From an uncultured archaeon (GTDB taxonomy: Archaea; Altiarchaeota; Altiarchaeia; IMC4; QMZM01), in contig CAZJVE010000004.1 in NCBI GenBank assembly GCA_964549685.1, forward strand, positions 7,700 through 71,699: a DNA stretch of 64,000 nt, in the 5' to 3' direction. The notes beneath the pieces were generated by a model. That model saw only the letters and a list, made by a program, of their open reading frames with translations. It ran no database searches and had not been told where the DNA came from. Below, in pieces: positions 13,601 to 19,326 of this stretch; positions within the stretch are counted from its first letter, which is position 1, and the number at the start of each line of letters is the position of its first letter. The position numbers and the translations under genes are program-made.

Positions 13601-16600
13601 TTCCACCGAGGAGAAGATTCTTGTCAGACCATCACCACAGATAACGCTGGACTATTACATCCCTCACAAAGTTGGAGCCAACAAAACCTTTAAGCTGGCA
13701 GTAAAGGCAACCAACGACGGCCATGGAACCGCAAGCAATTTTGCCATAGACTCCGCCCAGCCTCAAATCTACGACAACAAAGCAGAGCTGCTGATAGACT
13801 TTGAGATACTTGGCGATGAGTCACTAAAGGTGAGCTTCGGAGACATCCCTCCCGGCGAGAGCAGGATTACCTCATGGAGCATGAGCTCGTCCCTGAACGG
13901 AACCTTTTCTGCCTTTACCGCTACTTACGCGCACGAGAATTCCTTTGGAGCCATGGAGACCTCCGTCATCAAGGATGTAAGGACTCACATAATCGAGCAG
14001 GAAATAAACACGAGCAAGGAGTATCTCGATTTCCTAATAGATTCTGATAACGACACCGTTCCCGACACACTGGTTGACCCGGTTAATGGAACTGCCACTA
14101 CTGTACTCTCTACAAACTACACTACTGTAGTTGAACTGCCATCCGGGGGCAGGGGGTTCACGATAGAGGTTAATGTAACAGACATCTTTAACTGGACCCT
14201 GATTGTAGTAAACGATTCTTATCTGGGCGATGTACCAATAGACGAGATAGTGTACTGGAATGGCACGCAGGTCGAGTCCACAAACTACTGGCTTCTTAAC
14301 AACAAGATATACTTCGTGATTTACATAGTCAATAATACCCGATACAACATAACCTACGACGGCGCTGCCCCCCTACCAAAAGCAGAAATAGTAATAAACG
14401 AAATCATGTACGACCCGGACACCGATAAAACCGGGGAATTCATCGAGCTCTACAACTACGGCAATTATTCTGTGGATTTGAGCGGATGGGAGATATTCGA
14501 TGATTCCGGTTCTGATACTCTGGCAGGATTCAATGGCAGCTCCTCCATTGTTGCTCCAGGCGGCTACGTAGTTATTACAGACAATGACAGCAAAGTCAAT
14601 GTATCTGATAACGCAACCCACCTAACGACAGGGGATACTACTGTCTGTCATCGCGGTCTGAAGAACTCGGGAGAGCTGCTAGTTCTCAAAGACAAATGGG
14701 GAGATATCAAAGACCAAATAGGCTATTCCTCACCTATGAAGAAGTGTGACGAGAATTTCTCCCTCGAGAGGATTAATCCGCTGGAGAATTCCTCTAACAT
14801 AAGCAACTGGGACCAGAGCAATGTATCGGGAGGAACACCCGGAATGACAAACAGCATCTATGGAAGGGCAGCAATTACTACGACTACTACCAGTACCTCA
14901 ACCACTACAACAACTACAACATCCACTACAACTACATTGCTGCCGGCAAAGGCCCTGCAGTGTGGGGTCTACAATTCCTCCGAATGCACTGGTGGCAGAG
15001 GGAACCTAACCTGCATATTCTCACTATACAATGAAACCAACGCCCACGCCGGAAGCTGCGGCGAATACAGCAAGGCGGTCTGCTGCAACATCTCGAATGG
15101 AACAGTAACCAGCACTGTAACGACAAGCAGTTGCCCTGCCGGGGATGGTAGGGTGATTTCCATGCATTCGACGACCAATTCTCATGTCGCAATTTACGGC
15201 GTTGATAATTACCAAAACAACGTATGTTTGGACATTGACATAGCAAACGTTACCTGTACCACAAACAACCTTAATTGTCCGTCAGGCTACTATGGCAAAT
15301 TAGCCTCAATCTACAGACCAGGAAATGCCCATGTAGGGAACTTTTCGTACTACAACTTCAAGGTATGCTGCAATGCTACTGAGGTCTCAACCACAACTAC
15401 AACGACAACCACTACAATACCAACACTATCATCAGAAATTGTGATTAATGAGGTGATGTACGACCCAGGAGACGGCAACAAAGGAGAATTCGTCGAGCTA
15501 TATAATGACGGAGATTATGCCGTAAACCTGGCGGGATGGAGAATCTCTGATTCAAGCTCGACTGATACTCTGGAAGGATTCAACGGAAGCTCGGCAGTAA
15601 TAGTGTCCAAGGGCTATGCAGTCATAACAGCTAATGATACATCAGCAACTCCGCTGGGGAGTTCAACCCACCTGAGCACTGGAGACAAGAGAATCGGAAA
15701 CGGCCTCAATAATGGTGGAGACATTGTTACTCTAATCAACACCTTGGGCAATGTCACGGACAGGATTAACTACTCACAGACGCCTTGGTGCGACGATAAC
15801 CGCTCGCTGGAGAGGGTCAGTACCGATGAAGATTACTGGAATGAGAGTCTTGAAGATGGAGGAACCCCTGGATATGCTAACAGCGTTTCACAGGGCGGCC
15901 CACGAGCAGTTCTTGATTATTACCTCCCATCAGAGGTGCTGGCCAACAAGGACTTCAAGATGGTGATAAAGGTCAACAACGAAGGCCAGGGAGCATTGAA
16001 AGACTTTGCCATAGCTTCTGCCCAGCCCAAGGTAAAAGGAAAATCCAAAGCCAACCTTAACTGCCAGGTATCCAATTCCTCCCTGGTGGGCAAGGGCAAG
16101 GGGAAATCCCTCATGATGAATTTCTCGGATATTCAACCAGGGAAGAGCAAGCTCGTCCACTGGACCATGAATACTGACGAGGACGGAAATTTCACAGAGT
16201 TCGAGGCCACCTTCCGCTATCAGAATCCTGCCGGGAAGGTGAAGAAACTTTCCACCGAGATAAGAATTCACTTATTGGAGAGGGAAATCTACACCAACAA
16301 GGAGGATTTTGACTTCCTTGTAGACTTCGATAATGACGGAATCCCCGACCAGATACTGGAATCCATCTACGGCAACACGACCAATGTCTCCAAGGTTAAC
16401 TATTCCATTCACACCCAACTTCCACCACAGGGGAAGGACTTTAGCATCGAGATTAACAAATCCGGCTGGATATACATCCCTGTTGAAGACCCCTACAACA
16501 ATACAGTATCCATAGAGAAGATAACCCTGGAGAACGGCACAGTTCTTCATTCACAAAATTACTGGCTGGATGATAATAAAATCTATATCCTAGATGACCC

Positions 16601-17969
16601 TTCGCAGACATACAATATAACCTACAACCTTTCTCAGGAAACCACAACGACAACTACAACAACGCCCCCAACAACCACGACCCCTGCACCGGAAACTACC
16701 ACTGTTCCAACATCAACTACCACGACTACTTCAACAACTACAACACTCCTGCCCGGCACTTATGGGGTAGTAATAAACGAAATCATGTACAATCCTAATC
16801 CATGCAGCGATTCCTATTGCGAATGGATTGAAGTCTACAACCCAACGAGCCAGAGCATAGACCTGGGCGGCTGGTATCTCTGCGATGACAAATTGCTGGA
16901 GGGATATGTTGACTATCAGGACGGACTGGTCCATTCTGCCAACGGGATGTTAATTCCGTCTGATGGCCATGCCCTTATTACAGATGGTGGCTCTGGAACA
17001 CTTTTCTATGCCAATCTAAGCGTGAGTCCAAATCTTATAGCCCTGCACGTAAATGCAAGCAGCATGTGCGGAGGTCTTGATAACTCCGGAGAAGAGATTA
17101 CACTCAGCAACGAAAGCATTACCATTGCTCTCTCATCCTCCTATTCAAAATCAGGACTGGGAGACTCGATAACCTACGACAGCTCATGGGGCGCGAACGG
17201 CAATGGCTATTCTCTGGAGAGGATAAATCCCTCTGCTGACCCGGCCGATGCAGCGAACTGGGGCCAGAGTCTTACGTTGGGTGGCTCCCCTGCTATCAAG
17301 AACACGATATACTCGCCAGGGGCGAATGAATCCACAACGACCACCTTAACCTCCAGTTCCACAACAACCTCTACAAGCACGACATTGGTGACGACATCTA
17401 CGACTTCGACAACATCCACACTTACCACAACCAGCACATCTACCACCACACCCATCACAACCAGCACCACCTCTACTACATCCACGACCTCATCATCAAC
17501 CAGTACAATAACATCAACAACGACCAGCACCACAAGCACAACGACATCTTCTTCAACCACAACCTCGACAACAATCCATGTAGATGATTTTGATTCTGCG
17601 AATCCCTCCGCGAAAGAGGGCGAGATTATCTGCAAGCCGGACGGAAAGGAAAATTATAGAGAAACAGGAATTGATTGTGGCGGCCCCTGTGGACCATGTC
17701 CTGAGACGACTATTGCTACTGCATCTTTAATCACTACCATGCCCACAACGTCCGTTCCAACTACGACAACGTTATCGGCCACAGCACTACCAACTACAAC
17801 AACAATACCCTCTACCCCCGGAATCATCGGCAGCGTTATAGCGCTATCTCAGGACTGGGCCGGCGAGCTTTCAATCGTCGCGATACTCCTCCTCCTATCA
17901 GCAACAGGATATGCGATGAAGAAAGGCCGGGGCAAGAAAAAGGGACAGTATTCGCTCTCGATGGTCTGA
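4695..17969 (+). CDS. Giant (4424 aa) modular cell-surface protein or adhesin: two NosD/PbH1-like beta-helix regions, CARDB domains, tandem carboxypeptidase-regulatory-like domains, three lamin-tail domains, Thr/Ser-rich linkers and a C-terminal TM anchor
   Basis: Uninterrupted 13.3-kb ORF. Signal peptide RWVVLVLVLFLATGLASA. Beta-helix repeat regions at ~4770-5880 and ~6230-7480 both end in GNYWS.Y.G...DRYPL. CARDB domains at ~8060-8700. Six ~80-aa repeats at 8706-10165. LTD signature (VINE[IV]MY.P....GEF[IV]ELYN..D..V.L.GW) occurs three times. C-terminus is TM (IVAILLLLSATGYA) plus KKGRGKKKG. The only in-frame start candidates are non-ATG (TTG at 4695). Confidence 0.9.
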   Translation: MVNTIGYRWVVLVLVLFLATGLASAKTLYVNASGGADFATIGSAITAANSSDEIIVYNGTYYEALTLNKQITLRGVDKPTIDSNSSSSTIKITSEGCVVEGFRLTGNGSNIGMEVGSDRNLIANNSIYGNNKGVSIEGPFLGWVWDRFEWDRPQSNVVINNNVSDNHDGLYLAQSYNGTFINNSLTNNTYNLAVRGSGLYDDYLYDYNQSIDTSNTVNGKPIYYLFKHSDEVIDSATNAGCVYVINSTNITVRDLNLKNNYYGILFENVRNSKAVNLTLKDNYKGIYLDESSESLAINNNISNHMWGIEVYESSNNNLIGNRIENSTYYSIDLRTDSLGNLVHHNNLINNTGNARDLTGSNKWDNGSAGNYWSNYTGTGSYPIPSNSEDRYPLTTEYSSDCTLSSLSVTILAPSSDFSITQKCPNSIKAMIRDNCGNLLIGAKVDALIANEDSTLTLYDDGSHGDDTSKDGIYANNWTPSSNGSYVINVTASGLALSDGEAQLSGLVKNFTGIIVNASATDDSGNCLWNSITEGIASADSGDVVLVYNGTYNGGITISKQVNLTGIDYPLINASGNAVVISANGAVVDGFRIAGSSNGVYIHDQSSNLIRNNLITKGGIYILGTATYVYGYCGNAAHDNQIINNSIQGKIFLYCTYLEDIINNSISGGYAGVNALEAYGTSIIDNVISNNGHGIFLQSSQFVELNNNTLLDNNYSLAILGRSSYDYTHEINASNTINGKPTLYLMSKDNITIDSANNSGFIGVINSSNITIRNLTISSSYQGILLAYSEYSDIENVTLMDNYYGVYLDNSSNGSINNNFIDNSTFGIRLHESDGNHIFGNEVRNSSSIYNTSIYLSSSSGNLVYHNNLINNSGPTGYDNYGSNVWDTGIEGNYWSDYAGNDSNGDGIGDWAYNISGSSVKDRYPLMQKYNMSCRRHGISITLLSPPSVTGDSNVSIITRAIDNCKNLVAGAAATAKIDGNPIPPLYEDVNHTYRRDIFNIIDGSHSLYTCVNDSSGVGNCSNTSFRVDLKTPSILNISYDKGTVTPYENINFTVNVSDVSEIESITLKGVNEFNFTLNGSIGYLIMNMSSLGYVNDGNHSLLVNATDIVGNFNTSNFTIRIRNPDLVVGNLSWNPQSPDDGEIVNFTIRIDNLGGIITSAFLTSLEINGSLAALETKYNLSANSSFSFDENWSAFPGNNTLKVKADYATQINESNETNNELQKILEVGYPDLEVVNITCTSVNVTEGDPVNITARIKNLGSSTRREFYCKILIDNSTILEESINGLNSNIIVNLSKGWNSTGIGQHIIKAIADSGNNVSESNESNSLSISIQINPNPLPDVLVRVMNASGSALEGALVALINTTNIFSNLTSENGSAFFKDIPVGNYRVQAYKSGYWQSSTSVDLEMGETEEVNLTLTSNSIIFGVVNDALTGDPIPNANITLSNILEYSTLTNSTGGYSLSDVKPSDYQIKAWARNYESNTTEVTASAAGVIQLDFSLIPFGEIHGEILNSTGKVSNTTVILYRGDSFSYFVNKSTGDFSFFNISSGNYSLEFSSTGYRTDTVGIELTPGQNLSRNITLKRKPFLKGTVKDNLDQTVSNATILISNENAVISSGKSDENGSYSIMLPLSGTFTVRASAQNHYSSTNTTTVDYDGEKSLNLTLRKHGIVTGYVLDSVSDLRIENANIYLDGSLKVTGNNYSISAEEGIHLLSASAPGHVSNYSWVNFTSGENISLNLSLSPAGNLSGNVTNWDGDPVANASLTLAMNGQIKSIATTNANGTYKFTGIIYGNYTLEASAYGHTPELANPRVFPHQEAKQNFSLRMAGIYPHIDIPYRIYSIGETITFNITATDPWDNVTNITDISISLKKGNQSVPIPAVRIDKGFTANYTIPSNATLGQWVLAINITALANLTQELEIFQFFSPFFIQLRSNSSYLQNSTAIIQSKVSRYSNLSRFLNDSEIDITLTVLNQSNHTVLFRALSFNETLITSDFILDNFSIGNYTVYIAVTDNEGNVMNASKTFMVIQNFSITVDTGREIYNRSETVTIFGNANLSNGTPMVNASVQLIIIHNKGFRRTVYSKTLSNGSFNYNFTPFSAEAGVYQVVASIYSATIKKQADANFTILGLLAPSANVEMSKNSVHDLSLPIKNVGNISLSGINITILNSSLEGTALSILNQSATTILPEKEITMGLKINSTLYANSTTFTFRISSTEGAVDYGRIHLNLYSATPAAKVDPSVLEVGLNPGNFTTYEINLSNIGHATMKDVRITDANNSWILASPSSLGDIESKKSKTFDIRIHAPQTQGIYEDEIKILSSNHEPITIYMAITVTTARNGSLSAHVMTEWGEDISGAYLRLQNQKVPTLIESCLTNSSGNCLFSGIPAGKYSYLASKDGYYSTYGTVEIEPGRSKALDITLSAKMMEVTLSMTPVKIGDRYYIYLNITYDTEIAPPYILPIPAIMDHYVDRNDVLTEGLQLNKSFTIYNPGLVSIHNISLMTELNSSGYSLTFPQGTIEKIEAEGSESIPYTLTIEKGTRVSNLTNNFAGKIKINGSFIHFKENTDITLRGKTSAEVHVKVYEAGIRELLVEPDPVSIITNENYSFFSVEPKGPEENFMPPISIKNAGSGEWVYVLSKGIGGAVKYDPAVAILDVLGIGEFIRRLMPGDNYAFYFLDATITEENQSAPVSISSTVQDLNLKDSSVLSQIAASYYTKLLDDPWVTLTQDETATMETEIWELDIPGEDDISDVISFNLPGVDLTQGIITFAYQWRFDENPSLHSIPLNIINLRFPVIQLPVSSGTTNTTTEEETNQTTWYVSYQNISNHTYTPPEVDESPEKPELDGIKPHPVENIHERVKLSISQEATLEMDAFDAKLDMENKLADKTITNVVSELKVFDGGGQEKTTNFHITEAELSNIDDINGSGSITQGSTATVHWTLIPKSDAGGISEDGTTYLVQAFITYKVEGTPFGINSTEEKILVRPSPQITLDYYIPHKVGANKTFKLAVKATNDGHGTASNFAIDSAQPQIYDNKAELLIDFEILGDESLKVSFGDIPPGESRITSWSMSSSLNGTFSAFTATYAHENSFGAMETSVIKDVRTHIIEQEINTSKEYLDFLIDSDNDTVPDTLVDPVNGTATTVLSTNYTTVVELPSGGRGFTIEVNVTDIFNWTLIVVNDSYLGDVPIDEIVYWNGTQVESTNYWLLNNKIYFVIYIVNNTRYNITYDGAAPLPKAEIVINEIMYDPDTDKTGEFIELYNYGNYSVDLSGWEIFDDSGSDTLAGFNGSSSIVAPGGYVVITDNDSKVNVSDNATHLTTGDTTVCHRGLKNSGELLVLKDKWGDIKDQIGYSSPMKKCDENFSLERINPLENSSNISNWDQSNVSGGTPGMTNSIYGRAAITTTTTSTSTTTTTTTSTTTTLLPAKALQCGVYNSSECTGGRGNLTCIFSLYNETNAHAGSCGEYSKAVCCNISNGTVTSTVTTSSCPAGDGRVISMHSTTNSHVAIYGVDNYQNNVCLDIDIANVTCTTNNLNCPSGYYGKLASIYRPGNAHVGNFSYYNFKVCCNATEVSTTTTTTTTTIPTLSSEIVINEVMYDPGDGNKGEFVELYNDGDYAVNLAGWRISDSSSTDTLEGFNGSSAVIVSKGYAVITANDTSATPLGSSTHLSTGDKRIGNGLNNGGDIVTLINTLGNVTDRINYSQTPWCDDNRSLERVSTDEDYWNESLEDGGTPGYANSVSQGGPRAVLDYYLPSEVLANKDFKMVIKVNNEGQGALKDFAIASAQPKVKGKSKANLNCQVSNSSLVGKGKGKSLMMNFSDIQPGKSKLVHWTMNTDEDGNFTEFEATFRYQNPAGKVKKLSTEIRIHLLEREIYTNKEDFDFLVDFDNDGIPDQILESIYGNTTNVSKVNYSIHTQLPPQGKDFSIEINKSGWIYIPVEDPYNNTVSIEKITLENGTVLHSQNYWLDDNKIYILDDPSQTYNITYNLSQETTTTTTTTPPTTTTPAPETTTVPTSTTTTTSTTTTLLPGTYGVVINEIMYNPNPCSDSYCEWIEVYNPTSQSIDLGGWYLCDDKLLEGYVDYQDGLVHSANGMLIPSDGHALITDGGSGTLFYANLSVSPNLIALHVNASSMCGGLDNSGEEITLSNESITIALSSSYSKSGLGDSITYDSSWGANGNGYSLERINPSADPADAANWGQSLTLGGSPAIKNTIYSPGANESTTTTLTSSSTTTSTSTTLVTTSTTSTTSTLTTTSTSTTTPITTSTTSTTSTTSSSTSTITSTTTSTTSTTTSSSTTTSTTIHVDDFDSANPSAKEGEIICKPDGKENYRETGIDCGGPCGPCPETTIATASLITTMPTTSVPTTTTLSATALPTTTTIPSTPGIIGSVIALSQDWAGELSIVAILLLLSATGYAMKKGRGKKKGQYSLSMV
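8706..10165 (+). repeat. Six tandem ~80-aa carboxypeptidase-regulatory-like (beta-sandwich) domain repeats within the giant ORF
   Basis: Recurrent pattern G.V.d..g.P...A.v.l......t.t...G.y.f..l..G.Y.l.as..Gy.......v......n..L, read six times in the translation. Confidence 0.7.
14383..14860 (+). other. Lamin-tail domain (LTD) copy 1 inside the giant ORF
   Basis: AEIVINEIMYDPDTDKTGEFIELYNYGNYSVDLSGWEIFDDSG ... FSLERINP ... GGTPG. Confidence 0.75.
14938..15385 (+). repeat. Cys-rich module of three ~40-aa repeats sharing an N[AS]H[AV] ... Y..(x)VC[CL] core
   Basis: CIFSLYNETNAHAGSCGEYSKAVCCN / RVISMHSTTNSHVAIYGVDNYQNNVCLD / KLASIYRPGNAHVGNFSYYNFKVCCN. The module is flanked by poly-Thr linkers. 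Confidence 0.6.
15433..15885 (+). other. Lamin-tail domain (LTD) copy 2
   Basis: SSEIVINEVMYDPGDGNKGEFVELYNDGDYAVNLAGWRISDSS ... RSLERV ... GGTPG. Confidence 0.75.
16762..17305 (+). other. Lamin-tail domain (LTD) copy 3 (divergent)
   Basis: GVVINEIMYNPNPCSDSYCEWIEVYNPTSQSIDLGGWYLCDD ... YSLERINP ... GGSPA. Confidence 0.7.
17330..17575 (+). repeat. Thr/Ser-rich low-complexity linker (probable glycosylated stalk) near the C-terminus of the giant protein
   Basis: The translation is almost exclusively T/S with a few L/V/I/P. Shorter poly-T linkers lie at ~14878-14935, ~15385-15420 and ~16630-16745. Confidence 0.8.
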
Positions 17970-17973
17970 TAAA

Positions 17974-17982
17974 CATTTATAC
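17974..17982 (+). promoter_or_regulatory. TATA-box-like element (catttatac)
   Basis: It lies ~30 nt upstream of the ATG at 18008, consistent with a leaderless or near-leaderless archaeal transcript. It is too close to the ORF-track start at 17987. Confidence 0.45.
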
Positions 17983-18007
17983 AAGAATGAGAAAAATAGT
18001 ATTTAGG

Positions 18008-18535
18008 ATGGAGATGAGAGATTTTTTAATTGGTGGGTTTATTGTACTAATTTTATTCACAGGCTGTACTGATGGAGGAAACCCGCTCAGCACGGGCCCC
18101 AAAGAGGTCTCAGTGGACCTAAGCACTCCGGAAGGGGTGATTGAGGCTTATTGGAAGTATATTGATGTTGGGAAATATGATGAGGTGTATGATCTATTTT
18201 GTGATGATAGTTACTTCGATCAGATTAAAGGTGGTGGTGCTAGTAAAAACTATTACAGTAAGGAAAGTTTCATGGATCATATGGTAAGTGCTTACGGAGA
18301 ACAAGGCGAGAAATTAGATGCGAGTTCCCCAAAGATTACAGGGAAAAACTTACTAAGCAGCAGACGTGCTAGCATTTATGGGATAGGTACAGCGGCAGAG
18401 GAGGGCTACGGTATAGGTTGTGAAGCAGGTAAAGTATTGGCTAGTAGCCCCAGTGGACGGCGGGGTTGGGTAGATATCCGCGGTGGTGGAATAGTGGTCA
18501 AACACAACGGTAGATGGTGCATCGCAAGCGAGTGA
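18008..18535 (+). CDS. Putative lipoprotein, NTF2-like/DUF4878-like
   Basis: The ORF-track start is 17987, but TATA spacing favours the ATG at 18008. Lipobox-like LILFTGC follows a hydrophobic segment. VIEAYWKYIDVGKYDEVYDLF resembles the first helix of small NTF2-fold lipoproteins. Confidence 0.55.
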   Translation: MEMRDFLIGGFIVLILFTGCTDGGNPLSTGPKEVSVDLSTPEGVIEAYWKYIDVGKYDEVYDLFCDDSYFDQIKGGGASKNYYSKESFMDHMVSAYGEQGEKLDASSPKITGKNLLSSRRASIYGIGTAAEEGYGIGCEAGKVLASSPSGRRGWVDIRGGGIVVKHNGRWCIASE

Positions 18536-18593
18536 TAATTCTAATGAATTCTCTTTCACAAGGATTTATTCTGGAAGACCAAATGATTAATTG

Positions 18594-19223
18594 ATGGAAA
18601 AATTTCTCTTAGTTATCATTCTGGGTATCGTGCTCCTTTCAGGTTACTGGCTCTATTCGGGCCAGCAGGAAATGACTGGGACTCATACTTTAATATCATT
18701 ACCTAAAGAGATCGAAATCGTGCACCAGGGCTATAAAAGTAGATACGAGCACAAGGGAATCCCTATCGAATTTTCTGAAAATTCAATCAAATACAAAGAA
18801 AAGAAAGACATAGAAGATATCAAAGCGGCATTAACGCTGATCAAGGACAAATCACCTGAGGATTATCGAATGGTTGAAACATATGTAGATGAGATAACGA
18901 TTATTATTGTAGTAATGTATGGTGGCACAGGTGGACAATATACTAGGGGGACAAAGGATATTGATGTAATGCTGCAGATAATAAACCCTAAATGTGTCAA
19001 TTGCGATTTGACATCTGAGGATTACGAGAGGTTAGCAGGTGTAATCGTTCATGAGGCATGTCATTCTATGAGGTACAATACAGGCGTAGGGAGTGCCTTG
19101 GGGCTTGATGAAAATATTTCCCGTGAGGCCATTGAGGAAGAAGCTTGCATTGGAATGGGGAATGATTTCCTGGAAAGGATAAGGAGTGAGCACAGACAGG
19201 AGCCATATTCTGCTGAGGAGTGA
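18594..19223 (+). CDS. Small membrane-anchored HExxH protein (putative minimal zinc metallopeptidase)
   Basis: N-terminal TM segment FLLVIILGIVLLSGYWLY. HEACH motif at ~19050-19064, with downstream acidic residues (EAIEEE). The ORF begins TTG-ATG and the ATG at 18594 is preferred. Confidence 0.55.
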   Translation: MEKFLLVIILGIVLLSGYWLYSGQQEMTGTHTLISLPKEIEIVHQGYKSRYEHKGIPIEFSENSIKYKEKKDIEDIKAALTLIKDKSPEDYRMVETYVDEITIIIVVMYGGTGGQYTRGTKDIDVMLQIINPKCVNCDLTSEDYERLAGVIVHEACHSMRYNTGVGSALGLDENISREAIEEEACIGMGNDFLERIRSEHRQEPYSAEE

Positions 19224-19246
19224 TTCGGTAGGATCGAATCCCCCGG

Positions 19247-19260
19247 AGTTAGGCACTACA
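19247..19260 (+). promoter_or_regulatory. 14-nt motif AGTTAGGCACTACA, copy 1, upstream of the 1636-aa gene
   Basis: Exact 14-mer, repeated 23 nt downstream. It lies just upstream of the TATA-like tttaaata at ~19289. Confidence 0.5.
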
Positions 19261-19269
19261 TCTTAGCAA

Positions 19270-19283
19270 AGTTAGGCACTACA
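19270..19283 (+). promoter_or_regulatory. 14-nt motif AGTTAGGCACTACA, copy 2
   Basis: Exact direct repeat of 19247-19260. The 23-nt centre-to-centre spacing is about two helical turns. Confidence 0.5.
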
Positions 19284-19326
19284 ATCAAGTTTAAATAACT
19301 CTAAACTAATCTATAACTGAACAAGG

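Noticed and set aside
17207-17635. 142-aa minus-strand ORF (VVVEVVV...-rich) inside the giant gene
   Set aside because: It is the antisense shadow of the Thr/Ser-rich linker (ACN/TCN codons read backwards as Val/Glu/Asp). It is low-complexity, has no start context, and lies wholly within a far stronger ORF.
19225-19246. GGATCGAATCCCCC (and GGATTCGAATGG at 4590-4601) resembles a tRNA T-arm, which would suggest a tRNA fragment or integration att site flanking the island
   Set aside because: I could not fold a T-stem or acceptor stem around either element. The two copies are in opposite arrangement relative to the 14-nt motif, and no integrase is present. I kept them only as flanks of the 14-nt motif finding.
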